Positions 1 through 9,838 of a stretch of DNA of 38,528 bases are shown here, one piece after another. The position numbers were made by a program, and so were the translations under genes. The DNA comes from Thermodesulfovibrionales bacterium. GTDB taxonomy: Bacteria; Nitrospirota; Thermodesulfovibrionia; Thermodesulfovibrionales; UBA9159. The stretch lies in contig CAKKPH010000111.1 of NCBI GenBank assembly GCA_919901585.1, positions 1 to 38,528 on the forward strand. The letters run 5' to 3'. The notes beneath the pieces were generated by a model. The model was not told where the DNA came from. It saw only the letters and a list, made by a program, of their open reading frames with translations, and searched no databases. Each line of letters begins with the position of its first letter. Position 1 is the stretch's first letter.

Positions 1-1
1 T

Positions 2-1180
2 ATCCCTATGCTCCCTAAAGAGCTTTCCGAAGACATATGCAGCCTCAAGCCTGATGTCGAAAGGTTTGCCTTTACAGCCGAGATGGATTTCAGCAGGGAC
101 GGTGAAAGGGTCGGTGCGAGGTTTTATCCGAGTGTCATAAAAAGCAATGAGAGGATGACCTATACCTCTGTCAGGAAGATACTCGTTGATCAGGACAGAA
201 CTGAGCGTGAAAGATACGATTACCTGCTGCAAGACTTTGAGCTTATGAACGAACTCTGCGGTGTTTTGAGAGGGAAGAGGCTCAAGAGGGGGAGTCTTGA
301 TTTTGACCTGCCTGAGCCGGAGGTGCTCCTCGATATGCAGGGCAGGCCCGAGTCTATTATAAGCGCAGAGAGAAACCTTGCGCATATGATAATAGAGGAG
401 TTCATGATCGCTGCGAATGAGGCTGTAGCCGGCTATCTTGAAACAGAAGGAATACCGAGCCTCTACCGGATACACGAAGAGCCGGACCCGATGAAGCTCG
501 AAGATATAATGAAGGTTGCAAGACCCTTCCTCAGGCAGATGAGGAGGGCGCTTAAACCCTCTGACTTCTCTCAACTCCTTTCCGACATCAAGGGTACGCC
601 TGGAGAGGAGATCATAAACTATATGGTATTGAGGAGTCTGAAGCAGGCAAGGTATTCTCCGGCAAATGTCGGCCATTTCGGCCTTGCATCTGAGAGTTAC
701 ACCCATTTTACATCTCCCATAAGGAGGTATCCTGACCTTGTGGTTCACAGGATCCTCATGGAGGTGCTGACAAAAAGAGACCTGTCAGACGAAAGACTAA
801 AAGAGCTCGAATCTCTCCTCCCTGATATCGCCTTTCACTCGTCAAGGATGGAGCGCATGGCTGATGAGGCTGAGAGGGAGGTAATAGGTGCGATGAGGGT
901 CTGGTTTATGAAGGATAAGACAGGAGAGGAATATACCGGCAGGATTACAGGCGTCACACCCTATGGCCTCAGGGTCAGATTAAAGGATTTTTATGTAGAC
1001 GGTTTTATCCATCTGTCTTATATGACAGATGATTTTTATCAGTATAATGAGAAGACGATATCGCTGACCGGAAGACATACAAGAAGATCCTTCAAGATAG
1101 GAGATGAACTGAAGGTCAGGGTCGACAAGGTTGATATGGAAGAGAGGGAGATAGTCTTCGGTATATGTCCGCAGGATTAA
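2..1180 (+). CDS. rnr: Ribonuclease R, C-terminal part (RNB + S1 domains); 5' end outside window
   Basis: IPMLPxxLS..CSL, HxxIEEFMIAAN, YTHFTSPIRRYPDL motifs and a C-terminal S1 domain; frame is open from position 2. Confidence 0.95.
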   Translation: MPMLPKELSEDICSLKPDVERFAFTAEMDFSRDGERVGARFYPSVIKSNERMTYTSVRKILVDQDRTERERYDYLLQDFELMNELCGVLRGKRLKRGSLDFDLPEPEVLLDMQGRPESIISAERNLAHMIIEEFMIAANEAVAGYLETEGIPSLYRIHEEPDPMKLEDIMKVARPFLRQMRRALKPSDFSQLLSDIKGTPGEEIINYMVLRSLKQARYSPANVGHFGLASESYTHFTSPIRRYPDLVVHRILMEVLTKRDLSDERLKELESLLPDIAFHSSRMERMADEAEREVIGAMRVWFMKDKTGEEYTGRITGVTPYGLRVRLKDFYVDGFIHLSYMTDDFYQYNEKTISLTGRHTRRSFKIGDELKVRVDKVDMEEREIVFGICPQD

Positions 1181-2004
1181 AAGATCTTCTCGATAGATTT
1201 TACAGGGAGTATAACTTCAGGGGAAGAATCCTCCATGATCCGATAGAATTTCCCTATCGCTATAAAGACCCGCGTGACATTGAGATCAGCGGCTTTATAG
1301 CCTCCTGTCTTGCATACGGCAGGGTTGTTTTATTCAAGCCGGTAATCGAAAAGCTTCTGTCTGTAATGGGCAATAGCCCGTATGCCTTTCTGGTGGATTT
1401 TGACCTAAAAAGAGATAGAAAATTTATTACATTTAAGTACCGGTTCAATGAAACCAGTGATATTGTCTGCCTGCTTTTTATTATCCACCAATTATTAATG
1501 AAATATGGTTCCCTTGAAAATACGTTTAAGAGACACTATAAGGCAGATGATCCGAATGCAGAGAACGGTATTGTCGGGCTTGCAGGTGAAATTAATTCGA
1601 TCAATACAGCAAAGGTTTACGGAGAAAATTTACATCCGTCAGGCCTGACCCAATTCTTCCCGTCTCCAGTAAAGGGCAGCGCCTGCAAGAGGATGAACCT
1701 TTTTCTGAGATGGATGATTCGCGACAGGGATGTCGATTTTGGCATCTGGAAAGGCGTGCCAAAGAATAAGCTTGTTATACCGCTGGATACGCATATTGCA
1801 AGGATATCCAAATGCCTCGGCTTTACTAAGCGCGCAGGGGCAGACTGGAAAGCAGCGGTAGAGATAACAGAAGCGTTGAAAAAGTTTGATTCTGAAGACC
1901 CGCTGAAGTATGACTTTGCCCTCTGTCACCACGGTATCTCCGGTGTCTGCAGGCCCGGCGATAAGTCGGGCTGCGGAGGGTGCGCTTTTTATGAAGAAGC
2001 CTGA
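1165..2004 (+). CDS. TIGR02757/DUF2400 family protein (HhH-GPD-like) with Cys-rich C-terminus
   Basis: DPIEFP, LAYGRV, SACKRMNLFLRWMIR, IPLDTH, DPLKYDFAL family motifs. Confidence 0.85.
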   Translation: MSAGLKDLLDRFYREYNFRGRILHDPIEFPYRYKDPRDIEISGFIASCLAYGRVVLFKPVIEKLLSVMGNSPYAFLVDFDLKRDRKFITFKYRFNETSDIVCLLFIIHQLLMKYGSLENTFKRHYKADDPNAENGIVGLAGEINSINTAKVYGENLHPSGLTQFFPSPVKGSACKRMNLFLRWMIRDRDVDFGIWKGVPKNKLVIPLDTHIARISKCLGFTKRAGADWKAAVEITEALKKFDSEDPLKYDFALCHHGISGVCRPGDKSGCGGCAFYEEA

Positions 2005-2023
2005 TATATACGGGATAAAAAAT

Positions 2024-2053
2024 TTGCCTTAGATACTATTTCTGGGGTATGCT
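2024..2053 (+). promoter_or_regulatory. Putative sigma70 promoter for apgM, possibly leaderless
   Basis: TTGCCT (2024-2029), 18 nt, TATGCT (2048-2053), 6 nt upstream of ATG 2060; no SD sequence. Confidence 0.4.
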
Positions 2054-2059
2054 TAATAC

Positions 2060-3274
2060 ATGAATATGCAGACCTTGATCCAACCGCTTATTCAAAGAAA
2101 CGCTGCAAAGATTGTCTTTGTTGTCCTTGACGGCGTTGGCGGGCTTCCTGTGAACAACAGGACTGAGCTTGAGGCTGCAGAAAAGCCCAATCTCGATGCG
2201 CTTGCAAGAAAGTCCGCATGCGGGCTTCATCTGCCTGTTGCTTACGGCATAACTCCCGGCAGCGGGCCGGGACACCTCGGCATATTCGGATACGACCCTC
2301 TTGATTATCAAATAGGCAGGGGCATACTTGAGGCCCTCGGACTCGGGCTGGAGGTAAAGAAGACCGATGTTGCGGTGAGGTGCAATTATGCTACCATCAA
2401 AGACGGCATTATTACAGACAGGAGGGCAGGGCGGATACCGACAGAGCAGAGCGGGAAACTTACAGGGAAACTCCAGAAAGATATAAAGAACATAGACGGG
2501 GTTGAAATCATTTTTGCTGCCGGAATGGAGCACAGATTTGCCGTAAGATTGCGATTCCCTGATGCGCTCGAACCTGACGCTGCCATGATACCTGACACTG
2601 ACCCACAGAAAGAAGGCAAGGCTCCACTGCCTCCGATACCGCTTTCAAAGAGCGCTGAAAAGGTCACTCCTGTCATAGCAAAATTGATTGAAGCGGCGCA
2701 TAATCTGCTCAAGAATGAGGAAAAGGCCAATTTTATTCTAACGAGAGGCTTTTCAGGCCTGCCGCATATTCCGGCTTTTCAGGAGGCTTTTGGGTTGAAG
2801 GCACTTGCCATTGCGACCTATCCGATGTACAGAGGGCTTGCAAAGCTTGTGGGGATGGAGGCTCCAGCAATCGAAGGGAGTGTTGAGGACGAGATAGGGT
2901 TCTTAAGGCAGAGATACAATGACTATGACTTTTTCTTTTTGCATGTGAAAAAAATTGACTCTTACGGAGAAGACGGCAACTTCGAAGGCAAGGCAGCAAG
3001 GATAGAGGAATTCGATAAGCTCCTGCCTCAATTGCTCGAATTAAGGCCGGATGTACTTATAATAACCGGCGACCATTCAACCCCTTCGCTCATAAAAGGT
3101 CATAGCTGGCATCCTGTGCCGGTAATGATAAATTCTCCATATGTCCTCGGAGATACATGCTCCTCATTTACTGAGAGGGAGTGCCTGAAAGGCGAACTCG
3201 GTATCTTTCCCGCCGTCAATATCCTGCCCTTAGCCCTTGCGAATGCAGGCAGGTTAAAAAAGTTCGGAGCATGA
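2060..3274 (+). CDS. apgM: 2,3-bisphosphoglycerate-independent phosphoglycerate mutase (ApgM type)
   Basis: VLDGVG, PGSGPGHL, TGDHSTP, HSWHPVP metalloenzyme motifs. Confidence 0.9.
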   Translation: MNMQTLIQPLIQRNAAKIVFVVLDGVGGLPVNNRTELEAAEKPNLDALARKSACGLHLPVAYGITPGSGPGHLGIFGYDPLDYQIGRGILEALGLGLEVKKTDVAVRCNYATIKDGIITDRRAGRIPTEQSGKLTGKLQKDIKNIDGVEIIFAAGMEHRFAVRLRFPDALEPDAAMIPDTDPQKEGKAPLPPIPLSKSAEKVTPVIAKLIEAAHNLLKNEEKANFILTRGFSGLPHIPAFQEAFGLKALAIATYPMYRGLAKLVGMEAPAIEGSVEDEIGFLRQRYNDYDFFFLHVKKIDSYGEDGNFEGKAARIEEFDKLLPQLLELRPDVLIITGDHSTPSLIKGHSWHPVPVMINSPYVLGDTCSSFTERECLKGELGIFPAVNILPLALANAGRLKKFGA

Positions 3275-4686
3275 TAGATACGCATTGCCACCTTGATATG
3301 TATGATGAGGATAGGGAAGCGGTCATACAGCGTGCAAGAGATGCAGGCGCTGAGGCCCTCATCACCATCGGCTCGGACCCTCAGAGCAACATAAACAACC
3401 TTTCCATTGCTGAGGAGCATGACTTTGTTTATCTGTCTATAGGTATTCACCCTCATGATGCGAAGGACTTTACAGAGGATATATGCAACCATCTGAAGGC
3501 ATGGGCAATAGGCAATAGGCAAGAGGCAAGGGGCATTGATGCAGAACTCCGAACTCCGGAGTCCGAACTTCGAACTAACAAGGTCGTCGCTATCGGCGAG
3601 ACCGGCCTTGATTACCACTATGACCATTCGCCGCGTGATATACAGCAGGAGGTCTTTAGAAGACACCTCAGCCTTGCAAAAGAGACAGGACTCCCAGTCA
3701 TAGTCCACAGCCGCGAGGCAAAAGACGATACGCTTAGGATCCTTGCAGAATCAGGAGTGAACAAGGGTGTTCTACACTGTTTTTCAGGAGATATAGATAT
3801 GGCTGAGAAGGTGATGGGTATGGGTTTCCATATCTCAATAGCCGGGCCAGTCACATTCAAGAAGGCAAAGGGCCTTCAGGAGATAGCTGCGCTGATCCCT
3901 GATAACTATCTTTTGGTTGAGACAGATGCCCCCTTTCTCGCTCCTGAGCCGCTCAGGGGGAAAAAGAACGAACCGGCCCTTGTTGCTCATACCATAAAAA
4001 AGATAGCTGAACTTAGAGGCGTGAGGCCTGAAGACATAGACAGGATCACAACCCTTAATGCCAAAAGGCTGTTTAATATAGGCAGACTGCCTTCCAAGGG
4101 TGAGATTGCCTATAGGATAAGGGACAGCCTTTATCTGAATATTACGAACAGGTGCACAAGCAGATGCTCATTCTGCGTGAAATTTCATTCAGACTATGTT
4201 AAGGGGCATAACATGAGGCTCACTGACGAGCCGTCAGAAGACGAGCTTATAAATGCCATAGGAGACCCTTCAGTATATAAAGAGGTTGTCTTTTGCGGAT
4301 ATGGTGAGCCGCTCTTAAGGCTTGAGCTGGTAAAGAAGGTTGCAGGCTGGATAAAGGAGCATGGCGGTCATGTGAGGATTAATACAAACGGTCACGGGAA
4401 TCTAATTCATAAGAGGAACATACTCCCTGAGCTTGAGGGGATTGTTGATATTTTATCGATAAGCCTTGATGCGCAGGATGAGGAGACCTACAACAGTATA
4501 TGCTTGCCTGCATTCAAGGGCGCATACCAGGGAGTTATAGCCTTTCTAAGGGAAGCGAAGAAACATGTGCCTGATGTAACAGCCACGGTTGTCAGTATGG
4601 AAGGCGTTGATGTCGGGAAGTGCAGGGAGATTGCCGAGGACCTCGGAGTTCGGCTGAGGGTGAGAGACCTCGATGTGGTCGGTTAG
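3271..4686 (+). CDS. tatD: TatD family hydrolase fused to TatD-associated radical SAM domain
   Basis: Likely start ATG 3271 (MIDTHCH, overlaps apgM stop); GIHPH, AIGETGLD, HSR, HCF, ETDAP motifs; C-terminal YLNITNRCTSRCSFC (CxxxCxxC) and VFCGYGEP. Confidence 0.9.
   Translation: MIDTHCHLDMYDEDREAVIQRARDAGAEALITIGSDPQSNINNLSIAEEHDFVYLSIGIHPHDAKDFTEDICNHLKAWAIGNRQEARGIDAELRTPESELRTNKVVAIGETGLDYHYDHSPRDIQQEVFRRHLSLAKETGLPVIVHSREAKDDTLRILAESGVNKGVLHCFSGDIDMAEKVMGMGFHISIAGPVTFKKAKGLQEIAALIPDNYLLVETDAPFLAPEPLRGKKNEPALVAHTIKKIAELRGVRPEDIDRITTLNAKRLFNIGRLPSKGEIAYRIRDSLYLNITNRCTSRCSFCVKFHSDYVKGHNMRLTDEPSEDELINAIGDPSVYKEVVFCGYGEPLLRLELVKKVAGWIKEHGGHVRINTNGHGNLIHKRNILPELEGIVDILSISLDAQDEETYNSICLPAFKGAYQGVIAFLREAKKHVPDVTATVVSMEGVDVGKCREIAEDLGVRLRVRDLDVVG
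3504..3578 (+). repeat. Two adjacent in-frame 7-bp tandem repeat tracts inside tatD
   Basis: GGCAATA GGCAATA GGCAAGA GGCAAGG GGCATTG (3504-3538) and GAACTCC GAACTCC GGAGTCC GAACTTC GAACTAA (3544-3578). Confidence 0.9.
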
Positions 4687-5936
4687 CGCACTGATGAGAT
4701 AAATTCTGCTGCCTTGTCTATCTCAACTTCTCCCTGAGAGCTGTCCGTGAGGTTTTTCCACTTGACCTTTCCTGAGGAGAGTTCGTCGTCTCCGATGATG
4801 AATGCATAATGCGAAGAGAGCCTGTCTGCCTTTCTCAATTGGCTTTTAAGGGAAGAGCCGTCAAGCCCGACCTCAACCCAAAGGCCTTTTGACCTCAGGT
4901 CTCCTGCTATAAGAAGCCCTTTGCTTACCGCATTATTGCCGATTGTAGCAATAAAGATATCCGGGCTCAGAGGTTTAAACTCCCTTGTCTCCTTAAGCAA
5001 AGCTGCGAGCCTTTCCATGCCGATTGCAAAACCGATTGCAGGGGTCACCGGGCCACCGAATTCATTGACAAGCCTGTCGTATCTGCCTCCGGCAGCCACT
5101 GCCTTCTGTGAGCCGAGGTGTTCGCTTGTCATTTCAAAAGTTGTGCTCGTGTAATAATCGAGCCCCCTTACGAGATTAGGGTTTAGAGTATATGAGATAT
5201 TCATGAGCTGAAGCATTGCGAGAACGTTGTCAAAATGGCTTCTGCATCCATTACATATGAAGGCTGTCACCTGCGGTACCTCTTTTCTTAAATCGATGCA
5301 CCTCTCTACCTTGCAGTCGAGTATCCTCAAGGGGTTATTGTCATACCTCCTCCTGCAGTCCGGGCAGAGGTCATTAAGCTTGTCATAGAAGTAAGCAAGA
5401 AGGGCTTTTTTGTATGAGGGCCTGCATTCTTCGCAGCCGATAGAATTGATCTCGAGGTTAAGGTTCCTGAGCCCGACTTTTCCGAGCAGCCTCATGAGCA
5501 TCGAGAGCAGCTCTGCATCCATCTCCGGTGCAGCAATGCCGAAGGCCTCAACACCTATCTGATAGAACTGCCTGAACCGGCCTTTCTGCGGCCTCTCGTA
5601 TCTGAACATAGGTCCGGAATAAAAGAACTTCTGAGGGGCCGGCAGGTTATAAAGATGGTTCTCAACATACGAACGGACAACAGAGGCTGTTCCTTCCGGT
5701 CTGAGCGTTATGCTCCTGCCTGCCCTGTCAGGGAAGGTGTACATCTCCTTCTCGACTATGTCTGTTGTCTCTCCGATGCTCCTTGTGAATATCCCGGTAG
5801 GCTCGATAACAGGTATCCTGATCTCGCTGTATCCGTAAACAGAGAATATCCCTCTTGCCTCTGACTCGATATGCTGCCATATCCGGATGTCAGGCAGCAG
5901 GATATCCTCAACACCTTTAAGCGCATTAAATTTCAC
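4683..5936 (-). CDS. hisS: Histidine--tRNA ligase
   Basis: LRPEGTA, FRYERPQKGRFRQFYQ, LVRGLDYY, GGRYD, GFAIGMERL; probable GTG start at 5936. Confidence 0.97.
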   Translation of the reverse strand: MKFNALKGVEDILLPDIRIWQHIESEARGIFSVYGYSEIRIPVIEPTGIFTRSIGETTDIVEKEMYTFPDRAGRSITLRPEGTASVVRSYVENHLYNLPAPQKFFYSGPMFRYERPQKGRFRQFYQIGVEAFGIAAPEMDAELLSMLMRLLGKVGLRNLNLEINSIGCEECRPSYKKALLAYFYDKLNDLCPDCRRRYDNNPLRILDCKVERCIDLRKEVPQVTAFICNGCRSHFDNVLAMLQLMNISYTLNPNLVRGLDYYTSTTFEMTSEHLGSQKAVAAGGRYDRLVNEFGGPVTPAIGFAIGMERLAALLKETREFKPLSPDIFIATIGNNAVSKGLLIAGDLRSKGLWVEVGLDGSSLKSQLRKADRLSSHYAFIIGDDELSSGKVKWKNLTDSSQGEVEIDKAAEFISSVR

Positions 5937-6399
5937 CTTTCTCTTCCCCTTCTCTCTCCTTGTCAAAGTCGAGCATTCTCACGTGGCTCTCTATCAAACG
6001 CTTGACCTCCTCCTTGAAGTGCCTCCTGATGCCCTTCAGGTCCACGATATCCTCGTGTATCTTAACTACCTTCTCCTGCGCCCCATAGAGTATCTGCTCT
6101 GCCCTCAGCTCTGCCTCCTTGATGAGCAGCTCTGCCTCTTTCCTGGAATTGGTCTTGTAGTCCTCAACCATCTGCTGGGCAGTGATAAGTGTTTCCCTCA
6201 AGGTAGTCTCCATGTCCCTGTACTCCTTGATCTGGTTCTCTATGCGGTGCACCTGTTCTTTCAGTGAGGCGTTTTCACGGAGCAGGTCCTCCATCTCTTC
6301 TCTCACTATCTCAAGGAATGCATATACCTCTTCTACATCAAAACCCCTGAACTTTATCGGGAACTGCCGTTGCTGGATATCGAGCGGCGTGATCCTCAT
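5926..6399 (-). CDS. divIVA: DivIVA domain-containing protein
   Basis: MRITPLDIQQRQF..FRGFDVEEV N-terminus followed by coiled coil; yggS-proC-yggT-divIVA synteny. Confidence 0.9.
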   Translation of the reverse strand: MRITPLDIQQRQFPIKFRGFDVEEVYAFLEIVREEMEDLLRENASLKEQVHRIENQIKEYRDMETTLRETLITAQQMVEDYKTNSRKEAELLIKEAELRAEQILYGAQEKVVKIHEDIVDLKGIRRHFKEEVKRLIESHVRMLDFDKEREGEEKGEI

Positions 6400-6713
6400 A
6401 ACAATACACCTCCCTTCATTTTATAGGCAAGTTCTATCAGAGAACCTATAAGAAATCTCTGAATGAATATAATAGCAAGAATGACTATGATTGGTGAAAT
6501 ATCAACAGGACCGAGCCTGAACCCGATAATCCGTCTTATAGGCCTGAGGGCAGGTTCCGTGATAGCGTATAAAAACCTCACAACAGGATTGTAAGGGTCA
6601 GGATTCATCCAGCTTATGACAGCCGCAATTATGATGATCCATTTGTAGATATCCAGTATTATGTCGAGGATATTTGCTATTGCTATAATAAAATTGCCGA
6701 ATATAAACATCAA
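6396..6713 (-). CDS. yggT: YggT family membrane protein
   Basis: ISWMNPDPYNPVV..TEP.L.PIRR..DISP motif, hydrophobic. Confidence 0.92.
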   Translation of the reverse strand: MMFIFGNFIIAIANILDIILDIYKWIIIIAAVISWMNPDPYNPVVRFLYAITEPALRPIRRIIGFRLGPVDISPIIVILAIIFIQRFLIGSLIELAYKMKGGVLL

Positions 6714-7507
6714 TCCCTCCTTCCGAGTTCCTCTGCCCTCATAACCGCTGCAGATATAGTCTCTCTTACTAAATCATTTAGTCCCTTTTCATCAAGCACC
6801 TTAAGGCCTGCTGCGGTTGTCCCGCCAGGTGAGGTCACCATCTCCCTGAGTTTCTGAGGAGGCATACCTGTTTCGAGAAGTCCGGCTGTCCCTATGAATG
6901 TCTGCACAGCAAGTTCAGAGGCATCTCCCCTGCTTAATCCTGCTGAGACCCCTGCCTCTGTCATGGCCTCAACAAAAAATGCAAGGAAGGCAGGGCCGCT
7001 GCCCGAAAGGGCAGTGACTGCATTCATCTGCTTTTCCGGCAGGGTTAGCACATTGCCGACAGACATGAACACTTCCCTTACAGTATATATATCTTTATCA
7101 TCAAAACATTCGCACAGAGACATGACAGACATGCCCTTTTGTACGAGGGCAGGCGTATTAGGCATAACCCTGATCAGTTTCTTTGTCCTGAGCCTTGACT
7201 GGAGGTATGAAAGCGTTATGCCGGATGCGATGGATACCACAGTCTTTTCATCGGTGACTACGTCAGAAACCTCATCCAGTACCTCAGCGATAACCTGGGG
7301 CTTCACGGCAAGGATTACTATATCGCATGATGACGCGACTTCTTTATTTAAGTCAGTTGTCTTGACGCCGTAAGTCTGCTCAAGGTATTTCCTCCTGTTT
7401 TCGCTTGGCTCTGATACTAATATGCTGCTGACTGCTGACCGCTGACTGCTGACTATCCCCTTTAGCAACGCCTCTGCCATATTCCCGCCGCCTATGAACC
7501 CAATCAT
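6710..7507 (-). CDS. proC: Pyrroline-5-carboxylate reductase
   Basis: IGFIGGGNMA, LAVKPQ, RVMPNTP, SGSGPA, VTSPGGTT. Confidence 0.97.
   Translation of the reverse strand: MIGFIGGGNMAEALLKGIVSSQRSAVSSILVSEPSENRRKYLEQTYGVKTTDLNKEVASSCDIVILAVKPQVIAEVLDEVSDVVTDEKTVVSIASGITLSYLQSRLRTKKLIRVMPNTPALVQKGMSVMSLCECFDDKDIYTVREVFMSVGNVLTLPEKQMNAVTALSGSGPAFLAFFVEAMTEAGVSAGLSRGDASELAVQTFIGTAGLLETGMPPQKLREMVTSPGGTTAAGLKVLDEKGLNDLVRETISAAVMRAEELGRRD
7427..7454. repeat. In-frame 7-bp tandem repeat (4 copies) inside proC
   Basis: GCTGACT GCTGACC GCTGACT GCTGACT; encodes VSSQRSAVSS on the minus strand. Confidence 0.9.
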
Positions 7508-7589
7508 CCAGCCTCCACAAAGATTAGTTACTATATTCTAAATTAAATATAATTCTTTTTCTATTTATTTAATTCCCTTAAAAAAATAT

Positions 7590-7618
7590 TTGACAATAAA
7601 AGCTGGACTGGATATGAT
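7590..7618 (+). promoter_or_regulatory. Sigma70-type promoter for the DUF1566 gene
   Basis: TTGACA (7590-7595), 17 nt, TATGAT (7613-7618), with an AT-rich upstream tract. Confidence 0.65.
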
Positions 7619-7660
7619 TATGACAAGCAAAAAATTGTTAGGGTGTGACAAGACGAGTCT

Positions 7661-9115
7661 ATGAGAATAAGAATACGTGGTTTACTGATAATTGTTAGCC
7701 TTGCGGCTGTTATTCTTTTGCCGTTTGCCGGATGGGCGGCTGTAATAGAGCTCCCTGAGACCGGACAGACCAAATGTTACAATTCAGGCGGGAATTTGAT
7801 TTCGTGTAGCAGCACAGGGCAGGACGGCAATGTACTGGCCGGAGTGGCTTGGCCGGGCACGAGGTTTACGGTAAGCGGCGACTGTATAACCGACAACCTG
7901 ACAGGGTTGATATGGACTAAAAGCGGGAATCAGCCGGGCAGGCTTATGAGCTGGCAGGAGTCTATTGATTACATAACAGGCATCATCAACACCGGTCTGT
8001 GCGGATATAAGGATTGGCGACTGCCTAACATAAATGAGATCGAAAGCATCGTGAATGCAGGGGTAACAAATCCTGCAGAGTGGCTTAACAAACAGGGTTT
8101 TATAGATGTCCAGTCTTCCGCTTACTGTTCTTCAACAACATATAGTCTTGACACTATCTATGCATGGTGTATAGATATGTGGAACGGAACAGTTAAAGCA
8201 GGCCTTAAAACAGAGATAAAATACATCTGGCCGGTCAGAGTCGGACAGTCAGGCATTCCCGATGCAAACTATCCTGCCAATATTTGGAAGACAGGCCAGA
8301 CAACCAGCTATTACTCATCTGATGACGGAAAGCTCCAGAAAGGCGTTACATGGCCTGACCCAAGATTTACTGATAACGGCAACGGGACAGTCACTGATAA
8401 CCTTACTGGGATGGCATGGCTTAAGGATACTAACTGTTTCAGCTCCATGACATGGCAGAACGCCCTGACTACTGTAGGCAATTTTAATTCTAACCCGCGG
8501 AATTTCAGTTGTTCAGGATATAACGCCAGCTTTAATGACTGGCACCTTCCAAACAGGAAAGAGCTTTTAAGCCTGATTGACCGTTCCAGCTCTAATCCTG
8601 CTTTTCCCTACTATCCTGTTCTGCCGGCTTATCGCCCTTTCCCGAATCTCAGTTCCTTTATATACTGGTCATCAACTTCGTATATGTATAATGCCGAGAA
8701 TGCATCGGTTGTCTCTCTGCTTGATGGAGAGATAAGCTTTAACTCTAAGGTGACCTATAATTACGTCTGGCCTGTACGTTATGGGGCTGGATCAGGCAAT
8801 AACTGCGCTGCAACCGTTTCTGTTGACTATTATCTGAATGTGCCTGTTATAAACTTCAACAATGTTTTTTTAAGGGCTACCTTTGTTTATACCCCGACTT
8901 CAGACGGTATTGTATGGTTTAAGCTGACCGGTTCCGGTGATGTGTCGGATTTGTCACCCTATAACAATTGCCAGGCCTCTACATTATCTGTTGCATATGT
9001 CTTGCATATACCTGAAATTGTTTTGAACAATATTTCTTATACTGCTGACTTGCAATATGTGCCAGGCTCCGGCAACGATATACTTTTTAAGGTCATTTCT
9101 GCAGCCATAAAATAG
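7661..9115 (+). CDS. Secreted protein with two DUF1566 (Lcl C-terminal, CLec-like) domains and a duplicated ~55-aa C-terminal module
   Basis: N-terminal signal peptide; twice TGQT..Y..DG....GVxWP..RFT..TDNLTGxxW..DWxLPN..E..YxSST..WPVR. Confidence 0.85.
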   Translation: MRIRIRGLLIIVSLAAVILLPFAGWAAVIELPETGQTKCYNSGGNLISCSSTGQDGNVLAGVAWPGTRFTVSGDCITDNLTGLIWTKSGNQPGRLMSWQESIDYITGIINTGLCGYKDWRLPNINEIESIVNAGVTNPAEWLNKQGFIDVQSSAYCSSTTYSLDTIYAWCIDMWNGTVKAGLKTEIKYIWPVRVGQSGIPDANYPANIWKTGQTTSYYSSDDGKLQKGVTWPDPRFTDNGNGTVTDNLTGMAWLKDTNCFSSMTWQNALTTVGNFNSNPRNFSCSGYNASFNDWHLPNRKELLSLIDRSSSNPAFPYYPVLPAYRPFPNLSSFIYWSSTSYMYNAENASVVSLLDGEISFNSKVTYNYVWPVRYGAGSGNNCAATVSVDYYLNVPVINFNNVFLRATFVYTPTSDGIVWFKLTGSGDVSDLSPYNNCQASTLSVAYVLHIPEIVLNNISYTADLQYVPGSGNDILFKVISAAIK

Positions 9116-9130
9116 TTTTTCTGACGGCTT

Positions 9131-9835
9131 TCATCTTCTTTCTCCGAATATCGCTGAACCCACTCTGACCATTGTCGCCCCTTCCTTTATAGCTATTTCA
9201 AAGTCATTTGACATGCCCATTGAGAGTTCAGGGAGGTGAAAGCCTCTTTTTTCTGCTCTGTCTCTTAACTCCCGCAGTTTTGCAAAAAAGGGCTTTGACC
9301 TCCTGGGGTCTTCGAAATAGGGCGGCATGGTCATTATCCCTTCAAGTTTTAAATTCTTCAGATTTTTTATTATTATTTCGAGTAGCGGCATGGATTCATC
9401 TTCTGTAACCCCATGTTTTGTCACCTCATCGGATAGTTTGATCTGAACAAGAATTCTCTGAATCTTTCCAATCTTTTGCGCTTCGTTGTTGACTTCTTCT
9501 GCAAGCCCTACAGAGTCAATCGTATGAATAAGGTCAAACAGTTGGACCGCATATTTTGCCTTATTCTTCTGGAGATGTCCTATGAGATGCCACTCAGTCT
9601 TGAGATCTGAGATTTGAGATTTGAGATTTGAGATTTTTTTACGAGCTTCCTGCACCCTGTTTTCGCCGAATACCCTCAGCCCTGCATCAATCGCCTCTTT
9701 AATGCGTTCAATGCCTACTGTTTTTGAAACAGCAATGAGCCGGACTTCCTCAGGGCTGCGTCCGGCCTTCATCGCAGCGTGGGACATCCTCTTATACAGG
9801 TCGCTTATCCTTGATATAAGTGAAATATCATCCAT
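9131..9835 (-). CDS. yggS: YggS family pyridoxal phosphate homeostasis protein (PLPBP)
   Basis: [45 protein letters not shown]. Confidence 0.96.
   Translation of the reverse strand: MDDISLISRISDLYKRMSHAAMKAGRSPEEVRLIAVSKTVGIERIKEAIDAGLRVFGENRVQEARKKISNLKSQISDLKTEWHLIGHLQKNKAKYAVQLFDLIHTIDSVGLAEEVNNEAQKIGKIQRILVQIKLSDEVTKHGVTEDESMPLLEIIIKNLKNLKLEGIMTMPPYFEDPRRSKPFFAKLRELRDRAEKRGFHLPELSMGMSNDFEIAIKEGATMVRVGSAIFGERR
9601..9635. repeat. In-frame 7-bp tandem repeat (5 copies) inside yggS
   Basis: TGAGATC followed by TGAGATT x4; encodes [12 protein letters not shown] on the minus strand. Confidence 0.9.
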
Positions 9836-9838
9836 GTC

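Noticed and set aside
3181-3270. ORF-track N-terminal extensions of tatD (also hisS, metF, cooC, ahcY)
   Set aside because: They overlap upstream genes or promoters and precede the conserved family N-termini, so downstream starts were chosen
8120-8780. The two DUF1566 C-terminal segments as a DGR template/variable repeat pair
   Set aside because: They differ at all base types rather than only at adenines, both are coding, and no reverse transcriptase or avd gene is in the window
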